Of a stretch of 64,000 nt of DNA, positions 18,730 through 27,946 are shown in pieces. Origin of the DNA: Nitrospirota bacterium (GTDB lineage: Bacteria > Nitrospirota > Nitrospiria > Nitrospirales > NS-4); assembly GCA_963788195.1 (NCBI GenBank), contig CAWBGA010000001.1, positions 192,001-256,000 of the forward strand, in the 5' to 3' direction. The notes beneath the pieces are model-generated. The model was not told the origin of the DNA. It searched no databases and saw nothing but the letters and a program-made list of their open reading frames with translations. Both the position numbers and the translations under genes were made by a program. Position 1 is the first letter of the stretch; the number at the start of each line of letters is the position of its first letter.

Positions 18730-19386
18730 ATGGGTGAAGTCAATCTGCTTGCCAGGCTGCCCAAGGGCAAACGCAATGTCAACGCCCGTGCCGAGGCAAA
18801 GACGCCTGAGATCATCGCCATTTCGAGGCAGTATGGGGAGCGGTATTTCGATGGGCCACGGACCTATGGCTATGGCGGGTATCGCTATGATGGGCGCTGG
18901 ATTCCGGTGGCTGAGGACATCGTCAAGCACTTCAATCTCAAGCCCGGCGACCGGGTCTTGGATGTGGGCTGTGCGAAAGGATTTCTGGTCAAAGATCTCA
19001 TGAAGGCCTGTCCGGGCCTCGAAGCGTTCGGGCTCGATATTTCCGAATATGCGTTGATGCATTGCGAACAAGAGGTGGTCGGCCGTCTTCACCTCGGCAG
19101 CGCAGACAAACTGCCGTTTCCGGATAAGAGCTTCAACGCGGTTCTTGCGATCAACACGATCCATAACCTGGAACGGCAGGATGGCATCCGGGCGGTTCGA
19201 GAGATGGAGCGTCTGGCCCCCGGGCGAGGCTTCATCCAGGTGGACTCGTATCGTACCCCGGAGCAGAGAGAAGTATTTCTTGAATGGGTGCTCACCGCCC
19301 GATTTCATGATTATCCGGATGGATGGCTGAAAATGTTTTCGGAAGCCGGATACACGGGCGATTATTATTGGACGATCATTGAATAA
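18730..19386 (+). CDS. Class I SAM-dependent methyltransferase
   Basis: VLDVGCAKGF, GLDISEYA, LPFPDKSF, INTIHNL. Confidence 0.9.
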   Translation: MGEVNLLARLPKGKRNVNARAEAKTPEIIAISRQYGERYFDGPRTYGYGGYRYDGRWIPVAEDIVKHFNLKPGDRVLDVGCAKGFLVKDLMKACPGLEAFGLDISEYALMHCEQEVVGRLHLGSADKLPFPDKSFNAVLAINTIHNLERQDGIRAVREMERLAPGRGFIQVDSYRTPEQREVFLEWVLTARFHDYPDGWLKMFSEAGYTGDYYWTIIE

Positions 19387-19432
19387 CGTGTAATGCGCTG
19401 CATCGATTTGTAATAGGACGGAGGACAATCAG

Positions 19433-20263
19433 ATGAACACCGCGAGGCAATCCGATGGTTTTGATGTTCAGGCAGCACGCCGCCGATGCCTGCAGTTTCG
19501 CCGCCGGATTCTGGATATCTCGCAGAATGTGTCGGCCCTGCACATCGCCCCGGCTTTTTCGTGTCTCGAGACCGTGGATCTTATTTATCATGGCTTAATG
19601 CGGCGGCAAGATGGTCATTCCCCCGATACGTTCATCATGTCCAAAGGTCACGGTTGCATGGCTCAGTATGTGATCCTCGAATCGCTCGGCGTGCTTAGCG
19701 CCGACGATCTTGCGAAATATTGCAAGCCGAATGGCCGGCTCGGTGCCCACCCGGATTATGGCGTGCCCGGCATCGCGGCCTCAACCGGTTCGTTGGGCCA
19801 TGGCTTGTCGATGGCTGTCGGCATGGCGTACGCGGAGAAGATCAAGCAGACCGGCGGGACGGTCTATGCGGTGCTCAGCGATGGGGAGGTGCAGGAGGGT
19901 TCTACGTGGGAGGCGTTCATGATGGGCTCGACCTTAGAGGTAAACAATCTCGTCGCGTTTATCGACAATAACGATTTTCAAAGCCTCGGTCGGACGAGCG
20001 AAACGCATCCCAGTTTTTATCCCCTCACGGATAAATTCCGCGCCTTCGGCTGGGAGACCGTCGAACTCAACGGGCATGATGCCGATGTCCTATATAGGGC
20101 CGTGATCTCCCGCGAGGGCAAGAAGCCGATGGCGGTGATTTGCAAGACGGTCAAGGGCCGAGGGGTGAGCTACATGGAAAATGTGCCGATCTGGCATTAC
20201 CGTGCGCCGAACAAGGAGGAGTACCAGAAGGCCATCAGTGAGCTGACAGAGGTGATCGCATGA
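19433..20263 (+). CDS. Transketolase-like enzyme, N-terminal TPP-binding subunit
   Basis: MSKGHG, LGAHP, STGSLGHGL, SDGEVQEGSTWEA...DNN, KTVKGRG, IWHY. Confidence 0.92.
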   Translation: MNTARQSDGFDVQAARRRCLQFRRRILDISQNVSALHIAPAFSCLETVDLIYHGLMRRQDGHSPDTFIMSKGHGCMAQYVILESLGVLSADDLAKYCKPNGRLGAHPDYGVPGIAASTGSLGHGLSMAVGMAYAEKIKQTGGTVYAVLSDGEVQEGSTWEAFMMGSTLEVNNLVAFIDNNDFQSLGRTSETHPSFYPLTDKFRAFGWETVELNGHDADVLYRAVISREGKKPMAVICKTVKGRGVSYMENVPIWHYRAPNKEEYQKAISELTEVIA

Positions 20264-21177
20264 GGAACACATTCGCCGACACACTCTATAAGTGCGCGCA
20301 GGAAAACCCGCAGATCGCCATCGTTGTCGCCGACATCTCGCCTGCGGGGAGCATGGAGAAGTTCCGGAAGGAATTTCCCGAGCGGTTTCTTAACGTCGGC
20401 GTTGCCGAGCAAAGCATGATCGGCATCTGTGCCGGCATGGCCCTCAAGGGCTTGCAGCCGTTCGCCTATACGATCGCGACATTTTCGCTGTACCGACCCT
20501 TTGAATTCGTGCGCGACGATCTCGGTTATCAAAACTTACCCGTGACCGTCGTGGGTATCGGCGGCGGAGTCGTGTACTCGACGCTTGGCGGAACGCATCA
20601 TTGCCAGGAGGACATCGCCATTGCGGGAGCTATTCCCAACATGTCCATCATTGCGCCCTGCGATCCGGCCGAAGCCCGCGAGGCGACACTCTATTGTGCC
20701 TCGCAGCGTAAGGGGCCGATCTACCTGCGTCTCGGCAAGGCCGGCGAGCCTACATTCACTGATAAAGCGGTCGATGCGTGGCAATTCGGCAAGCTACGGT
20801 ATCTTCGGCGCGGGCGCGATGTCTGCATTCTGAGCTATGGCATTGTCATGAAGAAGGCCTTCTCTGTAGCAGAGCGCCTGGAGAAGGCCGGCAAATCAGT
20901 GTCGATTGCCTCAGTGCACACCATGAAGCCATTGGATCGCCTAGGCATCGAGGCCGCCCTCAAATCCCACCGTCAGGTCGTGGTCATCGAGGAGCACGCG
21001 CCCCAGGGCGGGCTTGCGGCGCAGACCAAGCAGATCGCCTGGGATGTCAAAGCGAAGTGCGATCTCAAAACCTTCACGCTCCAGGACGAGTTTATCCATA
21101 ATTACGGAAGCCATGACGATCTGCTGGCGGCGCACGGGCTCGATGTTGATAAAATCACACAACACCTAGAGGAATAA
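20260..21177 (+). CDS. Transketolase-like enzyme, pyrimidine-binding/C-terminal subunit
   Basis: PERFLNVGVAEQSMIG, GGTHH..EDIA, GPIYLRLGK, IEEH. Confidence 0.92.
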   Translation: MRNTFADTLYKCAQENPQIAIVVADISPAGSMEKFRKEFPERFLNVGVAEQSMIGICAGMALKGLQPFAYTIATFSLYRPFEFVRDDLGYQNLPVTVVGIGGGVVYSTLGGTHHCQEDIAIAGAIPNMSIIAPCDPAEAREATLYCASQRKGPIYLRLGKAGEPTFTDKAVDAWQFGKLRYLRRGRDVCILSYGIVMKKAFSVAERLEKAGKSVSIASVHTMKPLDRLGIEAALKSHRQVVVIEEHAPQGGLAAQTKQIAWDVKAKCDLKTFTLQDEFIHNYGSHDDLLAAHGLDVDKITQHLEE

Positions 21178-21221
21178 TTCGTGGCGGATTCATTGATCAT
21201 GAACGATGGGCGTAGGCTTTC

Positions 21222-22466
21222 GTGAAGGAAGAACTGATCATGCCCAGCGTGAAGGCCAAGCCGGTCCTGGCCATTCACGGCGGCGAACCCGTCCGCAAGG
21301 CCCCAATGCCGTCGCGTCAGGCTCTCGGCGAGAGCGAATTGCAAATGCTCAATGAAGCGTTGGCATATTACCGTCAGCACCACCTCGATCCTGGATACCA
21401 AGGCCCTTTCGAGAAGCTCTATACGGACCTGTTTGTGGCGATGATGGGGGGCGGCCATGCCGACGCGGTCGCGACGGGAACCTCCGCCCTGTACGTGGCT
21501 CTCGCAGCGCTCGATTGTCCCAAGGGCAGCGAGGTCATGGTCTCTCCCATTACCGATCCCGGCACCTTGAACGCGATCATTCTGAACGGATTCAAACCGC
21601 GGGTTGCGGATAGCAAACCGGACAACTACAACATGGGAGTGGCCCAGTTCCTCGAACGTGTTACGCGTAATGTGTCGGCCGTGGTCGTAGTGCATGCAAC
21701 GGGACAAGCGTCTGACATCGCCGAGATCGTGGCGGAGGCCCATCGGCGGGATATCAAAGTCGTGGAGGATTGCAGCCAGGCTCATGGCGCCAAGGTGACC
21801 GGCAGGCCGGTCGGCACGTTCGGTGATATCGCGGCATTTTCTACCATGTATCGCAAGGCGCACATCACCGGCGGTTCGGGCGGAGTCGTGTATACCCGCG
21901 ATCTCGGTCTGTTTCGAAAAGCGCTCGCGCACGCTGATCGCGGCAAGCCGCGCTGGCAGAACGACTTCGATGATCGGGATCCGTCAACCTATCTATTCCC
22001 AGCTCTGAATCACAATACGGATGAGCTTTCCTGCGCCATCGGGCTTGCGTCGCTACGACGGCTCACCGACACGATTGTACGCCGCCAGTCATTTGTATTT
22101 GATGTCATCGAGAGGTTAGTGGAGCACGCGCAGGTCTGCCGACCGTATCCCTACTCCGCATCGGATTCACCGTTCTTCTGTCCCATCGTCGTGGATGTTG
22201 GCGCCATCAACTGCAGCAAGATTGAATTCGCTGAAGCGGTTCAAAGGGAGGGGATTGACCTCAACCCAGATTACAAGTACGTCGTGACCGACTGGCCGTA
22301 TGTGAAGCCGTACCTCGTGGATGATTTCGACGCGCCTAACGCACGCGATATCCGTGATCGGTCTTTTAATCTGTACCTGAACGAAAATTACGGCGAGCGT
22401 GAAGCAATCGACTGTGTCGAGGCGATCCTGAAGGTCGAGTGCTACTACGCGAAAGTACCGACATAA
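21222..22466 (+). CDS. DegT/DnrJ/EryC1/StrS family PLP-dependent aminotransferase (divergent)
   Basis: LAIHGGEP, ATGTSAL, VEDCSQAHGA, FSTMYRKAHITGGSGG (PLP Lys); start GTG 21222 or ATG 21240. Confidence 0.88.
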   Translation: MKEELIMPSVKAKPVLAIHGGEPVRKAPMPSRQALGESELQMLNEALAYYRQHHLDPGYQGPFEKLYTDLFVAMMGGGHADAVATGTSALYVALAALDCPKGSEVMVSPITDPGTLNAIILNGFKPRVADSKPDNYNMGVAQFLERVTRNVSAVVVVHATGQASDIAEIVAEAHRRDIKVVEDCSQAHGAKVTGRPVGTFGDIAAFSTMYRKAHITGGSGGVVYTRDLGLFRKALAHADRGKPRWQNDFDDRDPSTYLFPALNHNTDELSCAIGLASLRRLTDTIVRRQSFVFDVIERLVEHAQVCRPYPYSASDSPFFCPIVVDVGAINCSKIEFAEAVQREGIDLNPDYKYVVTDWPYVKPYLVDDFDAPNARDIRDRSFNLYLNENYGEREAIDCVEAILKVECYYAKVPT

Positions 22467-22522
22467 CACCTGATCTCATCCGCTACCGCGTCTGCACGTA
22501 AGATCTACAGCTTTTAAAGCAG

Positions 22523-24028
22523 ATGAAAGACCTCGAAACCAAAATTGTCGCGCATCACGTCGGCGGACGTGGATTCGGCGTAGCATTCAACCCTCCGGCT
22601 CATTTCAAGGCTGACATCGTTCACGTTTTATATGAAGCCGATTCCGAATGCGTGGACGAGATGAATCTCAATTCCAATACGCCTCAGGCCGACCTCTTGG
22701 GTGAACGGCACCTGTTTCCTTATTGCCTCGGGCGATTGAAGGGGACAGGCAGACTCAACATAACTGCCAATACCTATGCCAGCTCAATGCTGTCACCAGA
22801 TTCAGATTTTCTCAAAAACTATTACTGCGAAATCCAGATCGGCCCCGCGCATTACGATGTGACCTACGATGATATGCTCCAGGTGATCAAGCAAGTCGAC
22901 GTCGAGGTCCACACGTTGGATCAACTGTTTGCGGAGGACAAGCTGCCCGCGAGGTTACGACCCGATGTTCTTTCACTTGATACGCAAGGACTCGAGCATG
23001 ACATCATGCAAGGCGCGGAACGCGTGATCCGGGACGGCGTCCTCGCCATTGTGTCCGAAGTTGAGATTGCGTCGATGTATCAGGGACAGCCGCTGCTTGG
23101 TGACGTATTGCAGCTCATGAACACCTATGGGTTTCACTTTGCCGGCTTTACCAACCTTCATGAAATCTCTCAGTACCGAGCTCCCATAGGGCTACGAGGA
23201 AAAGCATTTCCTGGATTTGGCGATGCCCTGTTCTTACGCAAAATTGACACCTTCAACGCTATTGGACTGTCAACTTCCGAACTCTTCTTGAAAGCGACGA
23301 AGCTTGCTTTCGTCTCACTCGTTTTTGGCCACATCGAATATGCCTTGAAAGCTTTGAATCTAGCGGCTTCGCTTCGCACTGAAGTTCAAGCGGATCTCCT
23401 GAAACAGCTCGGGGCTCGAACGTACTTCAGATTTCTCGAGCAAATCGAAGTGGCGTCTAGGGAAGTTGAACAGTTGTACCCACCGATTTTTGGAATTCCC
23501 AGCACCGCGAGGTTGAAGGATTTTCCGTATCCAAGTTTGAGTTGGTACGATACCCACCACGACGAGGCTGTTGCGAATTTCTATCAAATGACACGAACAG
23601 TTGCGCGTTCTACGCTCGCTCCGCCTCGTCGTCTAACCTGGGCTGATCGGTTTGTTGCTCATCTTAGATACCTTCTGGATGTGGGGTCACGTTATTCAAG
23701 CGTACGGATCAGAGACCTTGTTCTCATCCGACCAGACAAAGCCGCGGCCAAGATTATCTACCATTCTGCTGCCTCTGTTCGACGACGAGTCCCTGCCCTT
23801 GCATCATTTCTAGGGACCCTTGCACGGGAGTCTTCACAGGCTGTGTTGGAGGCCTCTAAGACTGAGGAAGGATACTCGGCTTTCGAGTCGGTGTTGATTC
23901 ATTATGGCCTTGTTGCGGTTGCGGATACTGTGCGACAGAAACGCATCACTGCGGGACGCTTCGTGCGTTCACTGGGGCATTTGTCAAAGGAACCTAGTCA
24001 GTCTGGTACTCCATCGAACACGAAGTGA
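22523..24028 (+). CDS. FkbM family methyltransferase with long C-terminal extension
   Basis: HHVGGRG, YEAD, TLDQL, LSLDTQGLEHDIMQGA, SEVE..MYQGQPL, GDALF. Confidence 0.8.
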   Translation: MKDLETKIVAHHVGGRGFGVAFNPPAHFKADIVHVLYEADSECVDEMNLNSNTPQADLLGERHLFPYCLGRLKGTGRLNITANTYASSMLSPDSDFLKNYYCEIQIGPAHYDVTYDDMLQVIKQVDVEVHTLDQLFAEDKLPARLRPDVLSLDTQGLEHDIMQGAERVIRDGVLAIVSEVEIASMYQGQPLLGDVLQLMNTYGFHFAGFTNLHEISQYRAPIGLRGKAFPGFGDALFLRKIDTFNAIGLSTSELFLKATKLAFVSLVFGHIEYALKALNLAASLRTEVQADLLKQLGARTYFRFLEQIEVASREVEQLYPPIFGIPSTARLKDFPYPSLSWYDTHHDEAVANFYQMTRTVARSTLAPPRRLTWADRFVAHLRYLLDVGSRYSSVRIRDLVLIRPDKAAAKIIYHSAASVRRRVPALASFLGTLARESSQAVLEASKTEEGYSAFESVLIHYGLVAVADTVRQKRITAGRFVRSLGHLSKEPSQSGTPSNTK

Positions 24029-24086
24029 TGCGTGTCGCATCCCACTACTTAACGGCCGACTGTTTGAAAATATTTGAGAGGTAAGC

Positions 24087-24998
24087 ATGGGACTTGGTCC
24101 GCCCGTCATTGCGCTCTACCACCAGTTGAAGGCCTTAGGATTGTTCGACGAGGTCTCGGAGGTCATGGAACTCGGATCTCAAAACGTTTGGTGCCCACAA
24201 ACCAAGATGATGAGGGACCTTTTCACGGCATTCGGCCGGCCGGTCCCCCCCGAGTCCATCGTACAGAGCTTCGCTAACTGGACCGGTTCAGCTCGCGACC
24301 TCTACGAAGGACTCGGCTTCAAGTATAACTGTGTTGACACCGACGGGAAGTTTGGTGCGCTTGTGCTGGATATCAATTTTGATTTAGTTCCACCAGACCA
24401 CAAGAACAGGTATGACCTTGTGACCAATCACGGCACGACCGAGCATCTGATCAATCAGTTGAATGCCTTCAGGATGGTCCACGACCTGACCAGACCTGGT
24501 GGGCTGATCTTGCACGCCCTGCCGTTTCTGGGACAAGTGGATCATGGGTTCTTCAATTATCAACCGAATTTGTTCGATTCGCTTGCTCGGTATAACTCCT
24601 ATCAGACTCTAGGGATGTGGGTTGGCATTGACTGGCAGTTGTCCAGCTTCATTCCTTGGGAACCGAAACTCATGGAGTTTCTGGTGTTGTCACCAAAGTC
24701 GACGGGCCTCTTGATTGTCTTGCAGCGGAAGATGTACGCAACCGAATTTCAGGTTCCTTTTCAAGGCGTGTTCGAACAGACAAAGACCACCGATGTCAGC
24801 TCGCGGTATGCCTTCGTGGTAGATGGGGAGGTCTACGATGGCCGGCGAGACAAATTTGTGACCAAGGATTCGTTGATCGCCGAGGAAGTGGCAAAGCGCG
24901 TAGCCGAGCAGGTTGCGGCGCTCGGGAACAGACTCCAGTCTTATCTTAAGGAAGGCTCTCAGCGGGGTGGCACGGAGAATTGCCAAGAGATGGTATGA
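24087..24998 (+). CDS. Class I SAM-dependent methyltransferase-like protein
   Basis: VMELGSQ, YNCVD, LDIN, YDLVTNHGTTEH, LTRPGGLILH, DHGFFNYQP. Confidence 0.75.
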   Translation: MGLGPPVIALYHQLKALGLFDEVSEVMELGSQNVWCPQTKMMRDLFTAFGRPVPPESIVQSFANWTGSARDLYEGLGFKYNCVDTDGKFGALVLDINFDLVPPDHKNRYDLVTNHGTTEHLINQLNAFRMVHDLTRPGGLILHALPFLGQVDHGFFNYQPNLFDSLARYNSYQTLGMWVGIDWQLSSFIPWEPKLMEFLVLSPKSTGLLIVLQRKMYATEFQVPFQGVFEQTKTTDVSSRYAFVVDGEVYDGRRDKFVTKDSLIAEEVAKRVAEQVAALGNRLQSYLKEGSQRGGTENCQEMV

Positions 24999-25083
24999 AC
25001 GTGGCCGGCGCTTTTTAATGTTATCACGTTGATGACGAACCGGAGAAATCTCAATTCCGACACCGGCGGAGGGGCAGGTATTA

Positions 25084-27045
25084 ATGGAAAACCGCATTCC
25101 TTCGAATGCAAGGCCGCCGGCGCGAGTTATCACCACGGCTTGGGGCGAGCACTATATCGATGAACTGCTTTCGCTCACGCTGCCGGCGCTGCTTGCACCG
25201 AGGGCAACCTGCCGGAACTGGTCAAGGCGTTCTCGTGCGAGTTCGTTCTCGTGACCGAGTCGAGGTTTTTTGATCGTATCCGCAGCGCTCCAGTTTTCAC
25301 GCGCCTGCAAACATATTGCGTTGCCCGTCTGATCCCGATCGACGATCTTGTGCTTTCCAAATTATCGTATGGTTTGTCACTTACCTACGCCTACCACCGT
25401 GCCTTTGCGGATCTCGGCGAGCGCATGACGAGCTATTACCTCTTCTTTTTTAACGCCGATTTCATTCTGGCAGAAGGCTGTTATCGATCATTGGTTGTAC
25501 GCCTGATCGCCGGGGAACGGCTTGTTCTCGCACCCAGCTACTGCGTCAACGCCGAGATGGTTGCACCGATAATGCAGGCAAGGGTGGACCCCAACACATC
25601 GACTCTCTCGATGCGGCCGCGCGAGATGGCGGCGTTGGCGTTAGAGCATCGTCACAATACGATCAGGGGCAAGACGGTCAATCAGAATCTATGCCATCTC
25701 GAATGGATCGAACAGTTCTACTGGGCTGTGGACGGCCACACTTTGCTCGCGCACCAGTTGCCAATCTCAATCGTCTGCCTGCGGCCGGAGCGGGTCTATG
25801 TCGAGCCGGTGACCAATTGGGATTACGGCTTACTCTCTGAAATTTGTCCCAATACCAAACCATGCGTACTCGGCGATTCCGATGACTTCCTCATGGTGGA
25901 GCTGCGTAAACGATCGACCGCGGAAAATCAGTTCCTCCCCGGCTGGCCAAGTGTCAAAGAGATCGCTGCGAAGCTGGACTTGTTTTCAACACAAGATCAA
26001 CGGGAGCATGCTCGGTATCAGCTCGTGCTGCATTCGCAGGAACTCCCGCCTGAAACAGAGGCGGCTAGTGCGCAGTTGAGAGGTTACGTTGATTCGGTTC
26101 TTGCGGCAATGAAGCCACCTCTCCACCATCGAAATCACCCTCAGTGGACCCATCACTATAAGCTCCAGTCCCATCACCATCGATGCAATCGAGTCGCACG
26201 ACAATTACTCGGTCTGGACCACGGCGCATTCACCACCTCCGACCCACCAAAGGGATTTGAAGACATCCAGGTTCAGTCAAGGGACGATTCGACGCCGCGA
26301 TCGTGGCCGCGTCGACTGCTTGAGGGGGTATTCGGGCGCTATCCGAGGCTCAACCGCAACCACGCGTATTGGGCCGATGTTCATTACGTCGTCGGGGCCG
26401 TCGACCGAGCGCTAAAAGGTAAAGACATCCGATGCCTTGTTGTCACCAGTGAGAAGGCTATTGCGTCACGTCTTATGGAAACAGCCCCTGGATTTCGAGT
26501 GTCAATTCCCGCACATATCGCCCAAAAACAAAGATTGCATCCAGTGAGCGACGCTCACGTCATGCTGAATGCGATCCCTGTCCGTGCTCAGCAAGAGGAT
26601 AAGGAACTGAAACCGTTCGATATGTGTTTCTGTGCCCTTGACTTCAATGCCTTACTGAGTCTTCGTGACATCGTCAGCAATGTTAAAACGGCGATGAGGC
26701 CGGGTGGAAAGATCATTATATTTCATGTGAAGGACACCCATCGGCCGATGACGAAAAGAGAGGTTTCGCTTGTATTCAGCTCCGCGCTGGCGACCGGATC
26801 GTCAGCCGTTAACTTTGCGGGGTTTAGTCTCCCGTTCATTCCTCACGTCGCGCGAAAACTGATTCGCATTGCAATTGGTAGCTTTGTAAAGGGCGGGGTG
26901 CGCGGCATGATTATCCCCGCCGTCGCCATGTTACTCAGTGTGCCCTTTGCACGTCTTGCCAACATGCAATTGGGACACCGGCAGAAGGCCACCAACGATG
27001 CCTCGATATCGGACAAGCGTGACCATCGAGATCGATATTCCCTAG
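25084..27045 (+). CDS. Uncharacterised protein, paralogue 1 of triplicated family; frameshifts near 25201 and 26990
   Basis: ATG 25084 MENRIP...ARVITTAWGEHYIDELLSLTLPALLAP shifts to GNLPELV; C-terminus PRYRTSVTIEIDIP* (TAG 27043-27045) lies in another frame and matches the paralogue end LTSLTVEIDII*. Confidence 0.75.
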
Positions 27046-27075
27046 GCGGCCGAATAGGTAAAGTGTTGAAACGTG

Positions 27076-27787
27076 ATGCCTCAATCGAGTCCCATGTATG
27101 GGGACAAGATGAGTGGGGTACAAGCCGAGCGACTTGAACTAGACGGCGTCGTTGTGGTCAGAAGCTTCTTCGGCCGCAGCGACCTCCAGAGGCTGAAAAA
27201 CCTAGCTGAAAGTGCTTATGCCGCTGTTGATAATGGTGCGGGCGACCCACAAACCCAGCAAAATGTCTCGGGTTGGGGAGGTCTTGGTCTCCCCCTTTTG
27301 TCGCAGGTCGGCGCGTCAGAATCATCAGTTGCCAAGATCATCGCCGCCATCGAAAAAGTCGCGGCGACAACATTGGGGCCCTGCCGGCTCATCCGCAAGA
27401 TATCGCTATTCCGTCGCCACCTCCAGCCGCGTACCCATATTCGTTGGCATATCGATGCGGACGGGGCCGGAACGAGTCTCTACGATCCGTGCTTCAATGT
27501 ATGGCTGCCGCTCGTCGCGGTCGGGCGTGACCTTCCATCACTGCAGTTCGTCCTTAGCTCGCATCAACGCATGCGCACCGTTCCGCTGCTCACAGCTGAT
27601 TACGCACGTGCGTACCGATGAATGGGTCGACGAGCGGTTCCAGCGTGATCTTCACCTGACTGCCGAACTCGACGCCGGCGACGCCGTGATCTTCGACCAT
27701 TACGTGTTGCACCGGACGCAGCCAATGCCATGCCAGAAAGGTGTCCGGATCTCCGGCGAGTTCCGCGTCACATTGAAGGGTAGGTAG
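27076..27787 (+). CDS. Phytanoyl-CoA dioxygenase (PhyH)-like Fe(II)/2OG oxygenase, frameshifted near 27610
   Basis: DGVVVVRSFF, WHIDAD (HxD), FNVWLPL, LQFVLSSH; continues in +1 frame with AGDAVIFDHYVLHRT, RISGEFR. Confidence 0.75.
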
Positions 27788-27838
27788 AAGAGGTTTTGTC
27801 CTAACAGATTGCTCCACCCAAAGAAGCTTGGTGGAAAG

Positions 27839-27935
27839 GGCTCTTGCCGAGACCTTCGGATTCGAATTGGTCTTTGTGACGAAAACGGCGTTCTTCGAAG
27901 GCATTCGCAATGCGTCGATCTTCCGACAGATCGAG
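27839..27935 (+). pseudogene. Relic fragment of the triplicated family
   Basis: Translates ALAETFGFELVFVTKTAFFEGIRNASIFRQIE versus ALAQLFECEFVLVTETAFFENVRNASIFQQIE at about 29750-29845. Confidence 0.7.
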
Positions 27936-27946
27936 ATGCTTCTGCC

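Noticed and set aside
11230..21177. Housekeeping pentose-phosphate operon (tal/tkt)
   Set aside because: Genes are interleaved with NDP-sugar enzymes, the transketolase is short and split, and no rpe/rpi/zwf/gnd is nearby
10037..22466. Lincosamide or aminoglycoside antibiotic gene cluster
   Set aside because: No amino-acid/NRPS condensation, thiol-transfer or cyclitol synthase genes seen; context is GTs, Wzm/Wzt and UpxY, which indicates a surface glycan
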